64,000 nucleotides of DNA from Lama glama. Its lineage: Eukaryota. Shown here piece after piece: positions 13,725 through 26,777 of this stretch. The notes under the pieces were generated by a model. It was given only the letters and a program-made list of their open reading frames with translations, had not been told where the DNA came from and ran no database searches. The stretch lies in NCBI GenBank assembly GCA_028534125.1, contig CM052816.1:682001-746000 (forward strand), in the 5' to 3' direction. The position numbers were made by a program, and so were the translations under genes. Position 1 is the first letter of the stretch. The number at the start of each line of letters is the position of its first letter.

Positions 13725-14885
13725 ATTGAATGAGAGTTCCTGTTGTTCCACAACCTTGTCAGCATTTGGTGTTGTCAGTGTTTTGGATTTTAGCCATTCT
13801 AATAGATGTGTAGTGGTGTCTCATTTTTGTTTTAATTTGCTTTTCTTTAATGACTTCTGATGTTGAGTATATTTTCATATGTTTATTTGTCATCTGCATA
13901 TTTTCTTTGGTGAGATGTGTGTTCAGATCTCTTGTCAATTTTTGAATTGGTTGATTCACTTTCTTATTGCACCATTTTAAGAGTTCTTTGTATATTTTTG
14001 AAAACAGTCCTTTATCAGATAGGTGTTGGCAAATATTTCCTCCCACTATGTAGCTTCTCTTTTTATTCTCTTTACTGTGTCTTTTGCAGAGCAAATGTTT
14101 TAAATTTTAGTGAATTCCAATTTACTCACTTTTTTTCAATCATGGGCTGTGCCTTTGGTGTTGTATCTAAAAAACTCATCACCAAACCTATGGTCGTTTA
14201 ATTTTCTCTTATGTTATTTTCTAGGAGTTTCATAGTTTTGTGTTTTACACTTAGGTCTATGATCTGTTTTGAGTTAATTGTTATGAAAGGTGTAAGATAT
14301 GTATCCAGATTCATTTTTCTGCATGTGGAAGTCTATGTGTTTGCTGTTTTATTCAATTAATGTGGTGTATTACATAGACTGATATTCCTAGGTTGAACCA
14401 GCCTTACTTGGAATAAATCCTGCTTGGTCCTGATATGAAAGCCTTTAAACATGCTGCCATATATAGTTTTCTATTATTTTGTTGAAGGTTTTTTTTTTGC
14501 TAATATTTATAAGCAATATTAGTATATAGTTGGGGTTTTCTTTGTGTGTGTGATGTGATACCAGGATAGTTTTGGTCTCAGAATGAGTTTAGAAGTGCCC
14601 CCTCTTTTTCTATCTTTTGGAGGAGCTTGAAAAGAATTGGTGTTAATTCTTCTTTAAATGTTTGGTGAAATTCACCAGTGAAGCCATTTGTCTTTGACTT
14701 TTCTTTGTTGGAAATTTTTTTTTTATTACCGACTTAATCTTCTTAATCTGTTATAGGTCTATTCATGTTTTCTATTTTTCTTGCATCAGTTTTGGTAGTT
14801 TGTATGTTTCTATGAACTTAGACATTTTATTTCAGTCTACAAATTTGTTGGTATACAATTGCTCATAGTATTTTCTCTCTCTCCC
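13725..14885 (-). mobile_element. Old L1 ORF2 fragment (continues at about 16245-16600 and 18050-18700)
   Basis: ORF 13759-14094 'HLSDKGLFSKIYKELLK...KMRHHYTSIRMAKIQNTDNTKC' and 'KYYEQLYTNKF' are L1 ORF2 motifs. Confidence 0.85.
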
Positions 14886-14889
14886 ACAA

Positions 14890-16245
14890 TAGGTCAGATA
14901 CAAAATATAGTCAGATAGAGAGAGTAAGAGAGAGAAAAAGAGAGAGAAACAGCTTGTAAGAAATTGGATTACATAATTGTGAAGGCTGGCAAGTCCAAAA
15001 CTGTGTAAACCAGTAGGCTGGAGACCTGGGGAAGATTTTTTTTTTTTAACTTTTATTTGCATTTATTTTTTGCTGAATTTATTCTCGGGCCATAAGTTTT
15101 TGCTTTTTCAGTTTCTTCTGGGATATCTTTTTCTTCTGAGCAACTTCCTCTTCTGGTTTGGGAACAACCTGGTCTTTATCAGTAAGGATCATCTCAACGT
15201 GGCCGGGAGAGCGCGTGTAAGGGTCGATCCGACCATGAGCTCTGTAAGTCCTGCACCGCACCTTGGGAGCTTTGCTCACCTGGATGTGCTCAGTGACCAG
15301 AGAATCTACATCTAAGCCCTTAAGTTCAGCATTACTGTCTGCACTTTTGAGCATGCGCAGTAAAAATTCAGCACTCTTTTTGGGCCATCATCCCTGCATC
15401 CAGCCCCACTGTTTTGCGTGGGCACGCCTACCAAGTCCACCATTGAAACGACAGAATGGCACACATTGCTTCTGTAAAGTGACATCCTTCAGATACATGG
15501 TGGCTTTTCGGATATGCACGCCCTTAATGGCCTGAGCAGTTTCACGAGTGTTCTTAAAGTGAACATGAAGACTTGAACCTCTCGATTTGCATGACTTTTG
15601 GGGTTTTCTGGGTCAAGGGAATAGCAAACCCTTTTTAGAGGTTCATCTCAGGCCGCCTACTAGAAAAGGTGTGGAAGATTGGATGCTGGCAGCTCAAGTC
15701 CAAAGGCAGTCTGCTTGGCAAGTTCCCTCTTCTTCAGGGAACCAGTGTTTTTCTTTCTTTCTTTTCTTTTTTCGGTTTATCAAAACCAATTTAATTTTAA
15801 TCCAAGCTAAAAATCTAATTCGGTACAAATAGCTTAAAAGTAACATAAGAAACCACGTACGAGATAGTCTTCACGTATATAAAAATATTACTTTCTTAGT
15901 CAGTTTTGCAAATACTGAAGATATTAGTCTGGATCTATTATGGGATGTAGACTTGATACTCTGTGATGCTCTTCTCCCAAGAACTCTCATCTCTCCCAAT
16001 CCAAGCTTACATTAGAAAAGAAGGCTGTTTCTATGAACACAACACTGATGGGCTCAGTCTTTTTCCATTCAGGCCTTCAACTTATTGGACAAGGCCCACC
16101 CACATTATGGAGGGTAATCTGCTTTCCTCAAAGTCTGCTGATTTATATGTTAATCTTATCTTAAAAAAAAAAATGCTTTCACAGAGACATCTAGAAAAAT
16201 GTCTGGCCAAATGGTACCATGGCCCAGCCAAGTTGACGCAGCTGT
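14890..16245 (+). mobile_element. MLT2 (ERVL) LTR, split by two retro-insertions
   Basis: Pieces 'gaaggctggcaagtccaaaa...ggctggagacc' (about 14950-15035), 'gcagctcaagtccaaaggcagtctgc' (15670-15745) and 'aggccttcaac..ttggacaaggcccacccacattatggagggtaatctgc...gccaagttgac' (16053-16245) join into one MLT2. Confidence 0.75.
15038..15668 (-). pseudogene. RPL17: Processed pseudogene of ribosomal protein L17
   Basis: Intronless RPL17 sequence ('[21 protein letters not shown]...RAHGRI.PY...[19 protein letters not shown]') with pyrimidine 5' end, AATAAA and poly(A). Candidate TSD 'ggaagatt' at 15030-15037 and 15673-15680. Disabled by ATG>AGG (15630-15632), a 1-nt frameshift near 15597 and an in-frame TGA (15388-15390). 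Confidence 0.95.
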
Positions 16246-17604
16246 TTAGAAGTATATTATTTAAATTCCACACATTTAATGAGTGCCCCAAATTTCTTTG
16301 TTGTCGATTTCTAAATTCAGTCCATTGTCTTTGGAGAACACAATTTATATTATTTCTAGCATTTAAAATTTATTGAGGCTTGTTTTGGCGGCGTGGTATA
16401 TGCTCTATCCTGGGGAATGTTCCGTATGCTCTTAAATGGAAAATACATTCTGCTGGTGTTTTGTAGAGTCTTCTATAGAGGTCTAGCTGATGTCCAGCAT
16501 TGTTTAAGCCTTCTATTTCCTTCTTGATCTTCTCTCTAGCTTTCCTATCCATTATTGAAAGTGGGGCATTGGAGTTCTCTACTATTATTATTGAATTGTC
16601 ATTTTTTTTTGCTACAAGTATCCTTTTTTTTTTGAGATCGTATTCTTTTTTTTAATAGTCAAAGTGGTTTTCATATAATTTAAAAAGCAGTTTTTTTGGT
16701 TACAGATAATATTTATATGCATTTTGACACCATGGGAAAAGGCTTTATGAGAGAGAGAGAGAAAGGGGGAAATTCAGTAATTTCCAAGATCAATCTTCAA
16801 TCTTTCATATATCATTTATGGATCTTAAGTTATTTTATTTAGGAATATAAACTCTAATATTTTAAATTTATCTTGCTTATATTATACTTGGTATTTGTAT
16901 AAATATATGTTAAATCTTTGAAAAGTTTTATGTTTTCTCTAGCATTTTTATATAAAACATTATGTGTAAATTGTTGCCACATTTAGAGTTAGTCCTTATT
17001 TTGGAAGCTGACTTAGAATATTGGATGATAACAATGTGTTTGTTGTCTCCAGACCTTTGGGTGTTTCCAGCTTGAAGTTGCCACCAAAGGCCAATGTTTT
17101 TGAAGATGGTAAAGAAGCTGGAAGGGCCTCAATTCAAATTTAATTTTTATCTGCTCTGAAAGGATTCCAGCCACTCTTCAAAATGAAGGTATGTCGTGTT
17201 TCATTTAGAAACACCGAAGTCTTGACATTCTATGGGAGGACGGTGTGTGTGATTCCCTCCCTGAAGTCTCGGTGATTCACACATTGCTTCTTCCCCAGTT
17301 CCTTGTAAATGCTTGTTGGCTGAGTCAGGGCTCAGGTGCCTTTCTGTTGAATTACTGCAGCTCGAGGCAAGATGGTGTTGACAAGTTCCTCTCCCTGGTG
17401 GGGTTTAATAATGTTAACAATGCTCATATCTAAGCGCTACAGTCTAGCCAGCAAATTGCTTTCATAGACATGTTAAGTTTGTTTTATATCATTTAACGCA
17501 TTATTGGCTGATTTCCTTGTTGTGAATATTTCCCTCTGATGCTCTGAACAAAAGGCAAACTCCAGGCTGGTCTATAATGGAGAATGTCGATACCTTCATT
17601 TGCC

Positions 17605-17681
17605 TATGTATGTATGTATGTATGTATGTATGTATGTATGTATGTATGTATGCATGCATGCATGTGTGTATGTATGTATGT
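17605..17681. repeat. (TATG)n microsatellite
   Basis: Direct inspection. Confidence 0.95.
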
Positions 17682-18129
17682 ATTGTTTCATCAGAAGCAT
17701 CAAAGCTAAAACCTTGAGTCAAAAAATAATCTTCAAAAACTGTTTTGGTAGCTGGGGGAAAGCAACCAGAAATTTTAAAAACAGCCTTGAATCATGAGTC
17801 CATGAATTAAGTTTACCATTCTCCACTTATCCAAATCTACTTTTCATTTTGAGAAGTAAAAACATTTGTATTTCTTTGATTTTTCCCTTTGAAAAAATTT
17901 GTTATTGAACTATAGCTGATGTACAATATTATATAAGTTACAGGTGTACAATAAAGGGATTCACAATTTTCAAAGGTTATACTCCATGTTTACTTATTAT
18001 AAATATTGGCTAATATTCCTCACATTGTACGATATATCCTTGTATGTTCTATGTATTCTTTAAGTACCCATTTGTTCATTTCTATTATATCTCCCTGAAA
18101 TAGATCATATATATTTATCATTATGAAAC

Positions 18130-18598
18130 TGTTGCCAAAAAACTGGCCTCTGTACCCTGATGGCCAAATTGAGAGTCAGAGGCAGAGTTTTGGGAGGATG
18201 GAAAAGAAGAGCATTATTGCTTTGCCAGGCAAAGGGCGTCACAGCAGGTGAATGCCTTAAAGACTCTGAGCCCATCTTGGGGTTGAGGTCTTGAAGTTTT
18301 ATAGAAAAACTGGATGGAGCAGAAAAGGTGCTAACAGGGCATTTTACAGGGTGTTACATTCTCTTCATCTTGATAAGAACTTGCTCTTGTTGTGGAGGAA
18401 TTTAAGAGAGGCTGCCCATTTTCTTGAGGTTAAGCCCATGACTGGCTTTCAAGACCTCTAGGGTCAAAAAGGACTAAGTTATTCTAAGAAAAGAGTGCAC
18501 GGGGGTGGGGGGGGACCTGTTTGTCAGAAGATCAGTTTAGCTTAAAGGACAGGCCTGAACAACTCAATAGCCATCTTGTTAGTTTTCTGTTCTTTCAA
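18130..18598 (-). mobile_element. ERV1-type solo LTR
   Basis: Begins 'tgttgccaaaaaactggcctc', ends 'ttctttca', and interrupts an old L1. Confidence 0.5.
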
Positions 18599-20150
18599 AA
18601 GTCCCCATAGATCGCCAGCAGTATTTTTAAGTTTAAAATCCTTTTTGTGTAATATTAATATAGCCACATTTCGACTTACTTATGGTTGCTATTCCAACTT
18701 ATATTGGAATTTCAGAGATTTTTTTTACATGGTTGTAATTTTAATAATTTTATATTTAATAATTTTTAATAATATTTAATAATAATAATTTTAATAATTC
18801 TCACCAGTTATGTGTATCTCACTGGGGAGGGGGGCCCACAGAGGTCCTAAGGTATAATTACTGAAGTGGAACCCACTTTTTGAAATATGAATTTTCCTTG
18901 ACTAGGTTTTCTTTTGATCAGGGGTTTTGTCTTTTATTATTCCCCTGTGAACATTTTAAGCCCATTTTAACCCATGAGATCGTTTTAAAAGGCCTTGTGT
19001 GATGGGTTTGCATAGGTCTGCAGTAAAGTCAGGTTGCCCAGTCTCAATGGCCATATTTGTACTCAGAAGACAGACTCAAGTTCTGGGAACTGAAGCCTCA
19101 GAGCAGTTGGTTCTGTCAGAACAATACACCTGAAACTAGACTGAATTCTGGACTTATCTGTGTCTTTCCTGGTGTACAAAATGGGGAAGCACTTGGGTCA
19201 AAGTCACATAGCCCATGAAAGTCAGAAATAGAAACCAGCCTTATATTCCATATTTCCTCATTGCCACCGACATCAGTGTAAACCCTTCACTCTTTCACCC
19301 TTTAGTAACTCATTTCCTGTTTCTGAAACAGCATGATATTGCCTAAAAGAGCATGCCATTCGAATGAGTCCCAAGGGCATGGGAATCTTGCCCCTGTCCC
19401 AGTGAGCAAATAGACACAGCCTTGGCAGTGATGCAGGAATAGCCTCACGTCTGGTCCGTCTTCAGTAGCCCTTGTGATTGGTTTTCTTCCTTTGGTCCTG
19501 CCGGTCATTCATAACTCTTCACCATTCTACCTTCTGTCTTTAGGACGAACTGAGGAAAGGGTATGTCCCATGGTTTCCCAAGCTAATATTTGGAAGGTGC
19601 CATAGAGCTTCTAGATTTCACGTTGAAAAGTACATATCATAAAAGGACAACACAAACAAAAATGCCACTAATGTCTGTCACCAGAGTGATTAGAAAGTGA
19701 CTGTCACACCTCTCTGAAGCAGTCTTGTCCCCTCGTGGAGGTGCATTCCGTGACAGGTTGGTGGGCGTAGTAGACCACTACATCCAGAAGGAGTCTGGGT
19801 CAACTCATTTCTGTCTTGGGTCTCACAGAGGAGGCAGAAGGAAGGCAGGAGGGTCCTGGGTGGTCCTTCTTTCGTCTGAGTCTACCTCTTTCCTCTCCTC
19901 TTTGGTATCCCTCCCTCTGTCTCCTGTGAAGCCTCCAGTGTTGTCTCTCTTCTCCCTTCTTCCCACTCCCCAGGGAAATTTGACTCCACTGCCTCCCAAG
20001 GGACACAGAGCCCCATCCTTTGTTCCCTTTCTGGAATCTCACCAGAGCCATCACCTTGGGCTCTGGCCAGCTGTTAATGGAAGCTGGTTCTGAAGGGAGA
20101 AAGAATGAGATATGCAGGGGAGGGGTTAGCTGGGTCCAGTGCAGACCCCT

Positions 20151-21084
20151 CAACAGCTTAATATTAAAAACAAAATGAAACCAAAAACAAAACTGCAACC
20201 CAATTCAAAAATGGGCAGAAGACCTAAACAAGCAATTCTCCAATGAAGACATATAAATGGCCAATAGGTACATGAGAAAAGGCTCAATATGACTAATTAT
20301 CAAAGAAATGCAAATCAAAACTACAATGAGATATCACCTCACACCAGTCAGAATGGCCATCATTCAAAAGTCCACAAACAATAAATGCTGGAGAGGCTGT
20401 GAGAAAAGGGAACCCTCCTACACTGCTGGTGGGAATGCAGTTTGGTGCAGCCATTATGGAAAACGGTATGGAGATTCCTCAAAAGACTAAAAATAGACTT
20501 GCCATATGATCCGGCAATCCCACTCCTGGGCATATATCTGGAGCAAAATCTAATTCAAAAGACATATGCACCCCAATGTTCCTAGCAGCACTATTTACAA
20601 TAGCCAAGACATGGAAACAACCCAAATGTCCATCAGCAGATGACTGGATAAAGAAGGTATGGTATATATACAGTGGAATACTACTCAGCCATAAAAAATA
20701 ATGCCATTTGCAGCAATGTGGATAGACCTGGAGATTGTCATTCTAAACGAAGTAAGTCAGAAAGAAAAAGAAAAATATCGTACGATATCACTTATATGTG
20801 GAATTTTAAAAAAGGACACAAACAAACTTATCTACAAAACAGAAATAGACTTACAGATATAGAGAACAAACTTATGGTTACCAGAGGGTAAAGGGGGTGG
20901 GAAAGGATAAACTGGAAATTCAAAATTTGCACCCTCTTGGGGAGTGATGTACAAGTTAGCTATTTGATTGTGGTGGCGGTTTCATGGGTGTACACATCTA
21001 TCAAAATTCATCAAATTGTACATCTGAAGTATGTGTAGTTTACTGTACAGGAATCATACCATAATAAAGGTGTGAAAAAAAAAA
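20151..21084 (+). mobile_element. 5'-truncated L1 (ORF2 C-terminus and chimeric 3' end)
   Basis: ORF '[43 protein letters not shown]', 'MEYYSAIK', AATAAA and poly(A). Confidence 0.93.
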
Positions 21085-21864
21085 CAATGAGGATGCTTGC
21101 AGATTACCTCACTCATTGCTAGAAAGCAAAACTGAGTCTTAACATTTCTTCTCAAGGCACCATAATTCAGTCCTACATTAAGAGAGTTTATTCTCCCTGT
21201 GAACATGACTTTGACTCTGCTCCAAGAGGATGCAATACCCTTGGCATGATCTGTGAGGGATATTGGATTTGTTCCTGAGCCAGTGCTCAGCACCACGTTT
21301 GTTAGGAACGGTAGATCTGGTGGCGACTTGTTTTTCTACTCTCTTTCACGCGTAAGGGGCAGGGGGTCACCATCCATTTTATCACTGGTACGTATTACTA
21401 ATTTTACCATTTTGTAAGGACATTGTGACGCATGGAGAAAAGTTAATACACAGCTAGTACATTGCAAAACTAGGTTCTGAACGCTCATTTCCTGCTATCA
21501 AAGACTGGTGCTCTTTGTGCTTCATCTGAATTGCTTATGACTAGAACAAACATAAAATGTTGAAAAGAGCTCAGTCAGGTGTGATTCTGATCTCATGATT
21601 CTTCAGCACACTGATGTTCCTTTGCTCAGTTCCTTCAGCAGGACGTGTTCTTTACTGATCAGCCTCTTTGGCTCACGTTTTTTGATCCTGTTCTAGGAAC
21701 CATCTGACCTCCCTCTTCCCTTGCCTTGTTCCTCCTCACCTCTCGGAGAGGTCTTCCCACCTTGACCCCATTCCTTCTTATCTCAGTTTACCATTTTGTT
21801 TCCATCACAAATCTTCAAACCAGCAGAAGTCCCCATTAGTAGACTGTATAGACAAACTAGTTTT

Positions 21865-22192
21865 ACTTTTTTATTTATTTTATTTAATTTTTTAAATAGA
21901 AGTATAGTCAGTCTTCAATGTTGTGTCAATTTCTGGTGTACAGCACGATGCTTCAGTCACACATGAATATACATATATTCATTTTCATATTCTTTTTCAC
22001 CGTGAGCTACTACAAGATCTTGAATGTAGTTCCCTGTGCTATACAGTATAAACTTGTTTATCTATTCTATATATACCTGTCAGTATCTACAAATCTCAAT
22101 TATTTTTTAATTTTATTGAGTTACAGTGAGTTTACAATGTTTTGTCTGTTTCTGGTGTCCAGCACAATTTTTCAGTCATACATGAACATACA
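21865..22192 (-). mobile_element. Two tandem L1 3' end fragments
   Basis: 'acaatgttgtgtcaatttctggtgtacagcac...cagtcacacatgaa'-type sequence occurs twice, each preceded by a T-rich tail. Confidence 0.7.
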
Positions 22193-25100
22193 AACTGGTT
22201 TTATACTTTTGGATGCAGCAATTCTTCAAATATACTTAGAGCCGAAAGTTTTTAGGAAAATGGTCATACTGAAAATTTCCTGAGATGATTACTGATTTGG
22301 TCCTAGACACATTCAGTGACACGAAGGAAGCCCAGGTAAATTCCAGGGACTGAATTGATGATAACAGCAGCAAAATTTCCTTCAGCCAGATTTTTAATAG
22401 TGTATGCTCCGTGCAAGAGGATCATGTGTTTCCTTTTAATCTTTATGAAACGTTAGATGTAGGTGAGGAAACTGGAGGCTCAGAGAGTGTGCAACGTCTG
22501 TGTAACTGTCCAGGCTCAATCAGTTGGTAGGTGGCAGGTGTGTGCACTGGGGCTGGCCTCACCTTAGCCCCTGCCCTGTGTGACCTGGTGTGTCCACTTG
22601 GGCTGTGGTGCATTGGTTCAAGCTCTTGGAGCAGGTGACTCTAAAGGGAGTCATTGTTTTGGGAGCTCCTACAACACGGTAAGTGTATACTAAGTGTCTG
22701 CCCGGGGTATCCCCTTTAACCCTGAGAATAACTCTTAAGAAGTGGGTGGCATTGCTCTTCCCGTTTGACAGATGGAGAACCCATGACTCAGTGGATCATC
22801 ATCTTATACAGGGCGCATGCCTCAGGGCATGTGCATTCCCCCCACCCCAAAGTGCCTGCAGGTCAGAAATGTCAAAGACAGTAATTTCATTATTCTTATC
22901 TTGTTCTCATAGGGCCAAGCTGTAGGAACGAGCCAATCCATGAAAGCTCCCTGAAGCAAACACAGAGGGCAGATGGAGAAGGGATAGAGGTTCTCGACTA
23001 GACCCTTTGCCCAGTTCTCAACTTGGACATCTTGTTGGGGTTCCAGCTCTGGCCATCCTGCCCCGATCCTGCACATCTCTCCATGTTTACTCCAGAACAG
23101 AGTGGACTCCTCTAAGAGCTCACCTCCAAGCTTTGTTCGCTAACGGTCAAGGGAAACATTGGGAGAAGCCCATTTCCCACAGTGGTTCCGGGTTCACACC
23201 CCACCATGACTCTCTGGGGTCTGAGTGATTTCCAGCTTGCCTGGCTGAGTGGTCATGAGGACAGCCAGCCTTGTCCTCTTCTAAAGGGATAATGGAGCCA
23301 GGGTGCCGCAGGCATGTCCAGTGTCCTTAGTTTTAAGAACAAAGGTTGGACTGTGTTGAGAGCCTGCTTCTCTTGGGTTCCTGGACTTCTTGGCTAGTCA
23401 GAGGGGGCTCTGCTTCAGAGGCATGCTTTCATATAATACCTCGTGAATGCTCCCAGCCCTCCGACCCTGACAGCTCCTCAGCGATGACAGAGCGGTGACC
23501 CCGGAACAGGGAGGAAGAGAGCTGAGTTGTTGTTGTCAACCCCAGGGGCAGAGGCTGGTCCCACATAAGCCGTGTCAGAGTGGGAAGATTATTGGCCCTG
23601 GTGTCTGAAGGCCTAGAGGTCAGAGTGGCCTCTCTGTAGCTCAGTCTCCCCAGCTGTCGAGGGGATAATGATATTCACTTTGTCCAGGGCCCTGGGAGGG
23701 GCAGACCCGGCTCTGCTGCGAGTGGTCACGCACAGCCCAGTTCATCACACGTGATCATGTGCCCCCGTGGTGTTACTGTTAAACGACACTGGAAAGACCA
23801 CAGTGGAATGGGGTAAGGATTCCAGGAGGAAATGATGAGCAGGCCTTTCCTCAGGGGTCCGGTGTTCCCATTTTACAGATGGGGAGCTCAGGCCCTGCAA
23901 ACCAGGTTCATAAGTAACTTATGGGACAGGAGGAGCAAAGTGTGGATTCCGATCCGGATCTGCCTGGGTATCAGGTGTCTTCTGAGAAGAAGAACATTGA
24001 TCAGCCTGATTTTCCAGTCCATCCTCGGCTTCAATACTGGAGCGGCCCCTGGGGCTATTATCCCAAAGACAACACTTCCTGTATCCTCAGATCCTCTCCC
24101 ACTCACATCCGATTGGCTGCTCCTGCTCCCACCTCCCCCACTGGGCCCTGCCAAGCAGCTGGAGTGAAGACTGAATAGGGTTCTGTTACAGAGGGAGCTG
24201 CCTTTTTTTAGGAAAATGTTATCATGGGCAGCGTGGGGGCTGCAGGGGGAGAGAAGAGAGAGTAAGAGATGGCCAGAGGCTCTGCTGATTGAAATGACCC
24301 AGATTTTGCATTCTGCATGAGACCACCGCAGACCTCTCTATTTAAAACCAAACATGCCCCCTCCGCTGCCCCTAGGACTGTCCATCCCTCACCTTCGCTC
24401 TTCTCTGTCTTTTCGCCAGATCAGTCACCACCTTCTGGCCTACCCTGTAATTTGCTCATTTATCACTTTCTTTGTGTCAGATCTGCCCCTCTAGACTACA
24501 CTCCAGGAAGGCAAAGTTTCTGTCTCTTTGCTCAAATACCTCCCAAATGCCCGGAGCAGGCTTGACACATGGTGAGTGCTCCAAGAATGTTTGTTGAATG
24601 AGTGCATGAGCCACAGAAAAGGTCAAAGTGGGCATCAGATGGACAAGAAGTATTTTTCAAGAGCAGGGAACTCAGGTTTGACTGCCAGCTGGGGGTGTCG
24701 GTGTGATGCGCACCCCACAACCCCTGCATCCTCAGTTCCCTACCTGCTGTGTGTGTCTGTGCGTGTCTGTGTGTGTGTGTGTGTGAGTGAGGGTGAGTGT
24801 CTGATGTGGCAGGAACAGCAGAATGATGAGGAGGGCAGGGAACTCAAGTTCGCACTCAAATCCAGGAGCAGGCACAGCACAGTAGCAGGGCTGGGAGGGA
24901 CCTGGGCTGCCCCGAGCTCTCACCAGGACGGCACTGGCAGATGAGCTGCCTGGGGTCTGGGAGGGGGCAACAGCTTGCACAGGGCATCCTGCAGGCAGAG
25001 GCTTCATGGCCCCTCCACCCTGCGAGGCTGCACATCCTCATCTTGGCTGGAGGAGCCTGAGAATTAGTGAAGTTCAGACACTTGCCCGAGGGGACCCGAG

Positions 25101-25440
25101 CCCCTTTCCTGAGCTGCACAAACCCCATACGACCTGCTTCTGAGTTCTGACTCTGCCCCAGCGGTGTAACCTTGGACAAGCTGTTATGTTTCCCTCATGT
25201 GCCTTGGTGGTCCCCATCTGTAAATGGGCTAGTAAAGGCGGCTGCTTCACCAGGTTCGGGTAAGGTGGTGCTTGTAATCCATTAACCAGTCATGGAACCC
25301 GTTCAGTGGGCCTCAGTTAACATGAGATGATACCAGGGACACACCTGGCTCCCTCGCACGTTTTACCAAAGGCAGGTCTTGAGCAAAGTTGCTTTCAGTT
25401 CCTGGAGGCCTCAGCGAGTTGACCAGCATCACTTGTGGTT

Positions 25441-25518
25441 GGGCGGGGCCCAGTCTGGCTCAGAGGCCCCTCCCTGGAGGAGGCTGTACTTTCTGATTGC
25501 AGCTACCTGCTATATAAG
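25441..25518 (+). promoter_or_regulatory. LYPD8: Putative LYPD8 core promoter (GC box and TATA box)
   Basis: GGGCGGGG at 25441 and TATATAAG at 25511-25518, about 80 bp upstream of a strong donor AAG|GTGAGG. Confidence 0.6.
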
Positions 25519-25539
25519 GTCCCTTACACCCCTGCTACA

Positions 25540-25594
25540 AGCTTCTGCTGGGACCCACCCTCTGGAGGGCAATCTCTGGGCCGAGACCGAGAAG
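25540..25594 (+). other. LYPD8: Putative non-coding first exon of LYPD8
   Basis: Start inferred about 30 nt after the TATA box; donor AAG|GTGAGG at 25594/25595; matching acceptor 'tctttatgtctcttcag'-type at 27982. Confidence 0.5.
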
Positions 25595-26475
25595 GTGAGG
25601 GGCTGGGGCTGGGCTGTGGGACTCAGGCTGGGAGAAGCTGAAAGCAGAGGCGGGGCATTCAGGGCAGGCTGGGGGACAGCGCATCTCATGGCTCCTGCTC
25701 CTTGGGCAGTGCTCAGGGGAGGGGCGGCTAGAGCGGAGAGGTGCTGGGGTTTGCTCCGTGTGTGTGATGCTCTGTCCTTCTCATGGCTTCTGTGAGCCCT
25801 CGCTCCTCTGTGCGGAAGGTGAGAGCCATTGTGGTAGGTCCCTCTCAGACTGTTGAAAATATCCAAGGATAGAAGGAGTGGGAAGGCCTCTGCAAAGCGG
25901 TGGACACACGCCCCTCGTTCTCACTTGCCCCACGGGGCCCCCTGCCCCGACCCCCACCTCACTGACCCCTCTCTCCCACGGAGGTGGGGAGCCAGGCTCT
26001 GGGCCCCACCACCTCCAGGTGCTGTCTCTCTGCTGCATGTCCCTGGATAAGGTCCTGACCTCTCCGGGCCTCCAGTGTTTCCCCCTGGAAATGGGGCTAA
26101 TCGTCAGGGCTCCGCCCCAAGGGCTCAGGCGGTTTGTCTGCTTAACTGATGTCACTGCCGTGGCCTCTTTAAGGTCACCTCCTTCCCTCCCCTCTCCTCT
26201 TCCCCCGTCCCTTCCCAGGAGGCCCGACCCCTGAACCTCTCTCTGTCCTGGGTTTCCGGGCCTGGAAGGTGACTGGGCCGGGAAGGATACAAGGTTCCGC
26301 GCACAGAGGAACTGCCACGCGCTCCACACCAGACGTACGTTATCTGTTCTCCCTGGATCTCTAAGTGGCGGGGCCACTGGCTAACTGACAGGCCCTCTGT
26401 TCCCCTGATGGGCTGGTTTCTCCTCCTCCTTTTCACCAACCCCTGATGTGTTAACTAGGGGAGCATAAGTGCAGG

Positions 26476-26612
26476 GGTGCGTGTGCGTGCGTGTGTGCGG
26501 TGTGTGTGTGTGTGTGTGGGATGTGTGTGTGGGTGTGTTAGTGTGGGGGGGGTGTGTTTATGTGTGTGCTGTGTGTATATGTTGGTGTGGGGGGGGTGTA
26601 TACGCGGTGTGT
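26476..26612. repeat. Degenerate (TG)n microsatellite
   Basis: Direct inspection. Confidence 0.85.
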
Positions 26613-26777
26613 GCACATCTCGGTGAGGTGGGCGGCAGGAGGCGGGCTGGGGCTCCCAGGTGAACATGGGGTGCTCCTTAGCAAGTGGGCAGCTATCACG
26701 GTGCAACTCAGCGTCGGACCGGGAAGGACCCGGAGCGCAGCCAGTGCTGGCCTCACAAGCTGGGTGAGCTCGGGCAG

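Noticed and set aside
23832..24178. Three overlapping ORFs upstream of the LYPD8 promoter
   Set aside because: No recognisable homology, splice structure or retrocopy hallmarks.
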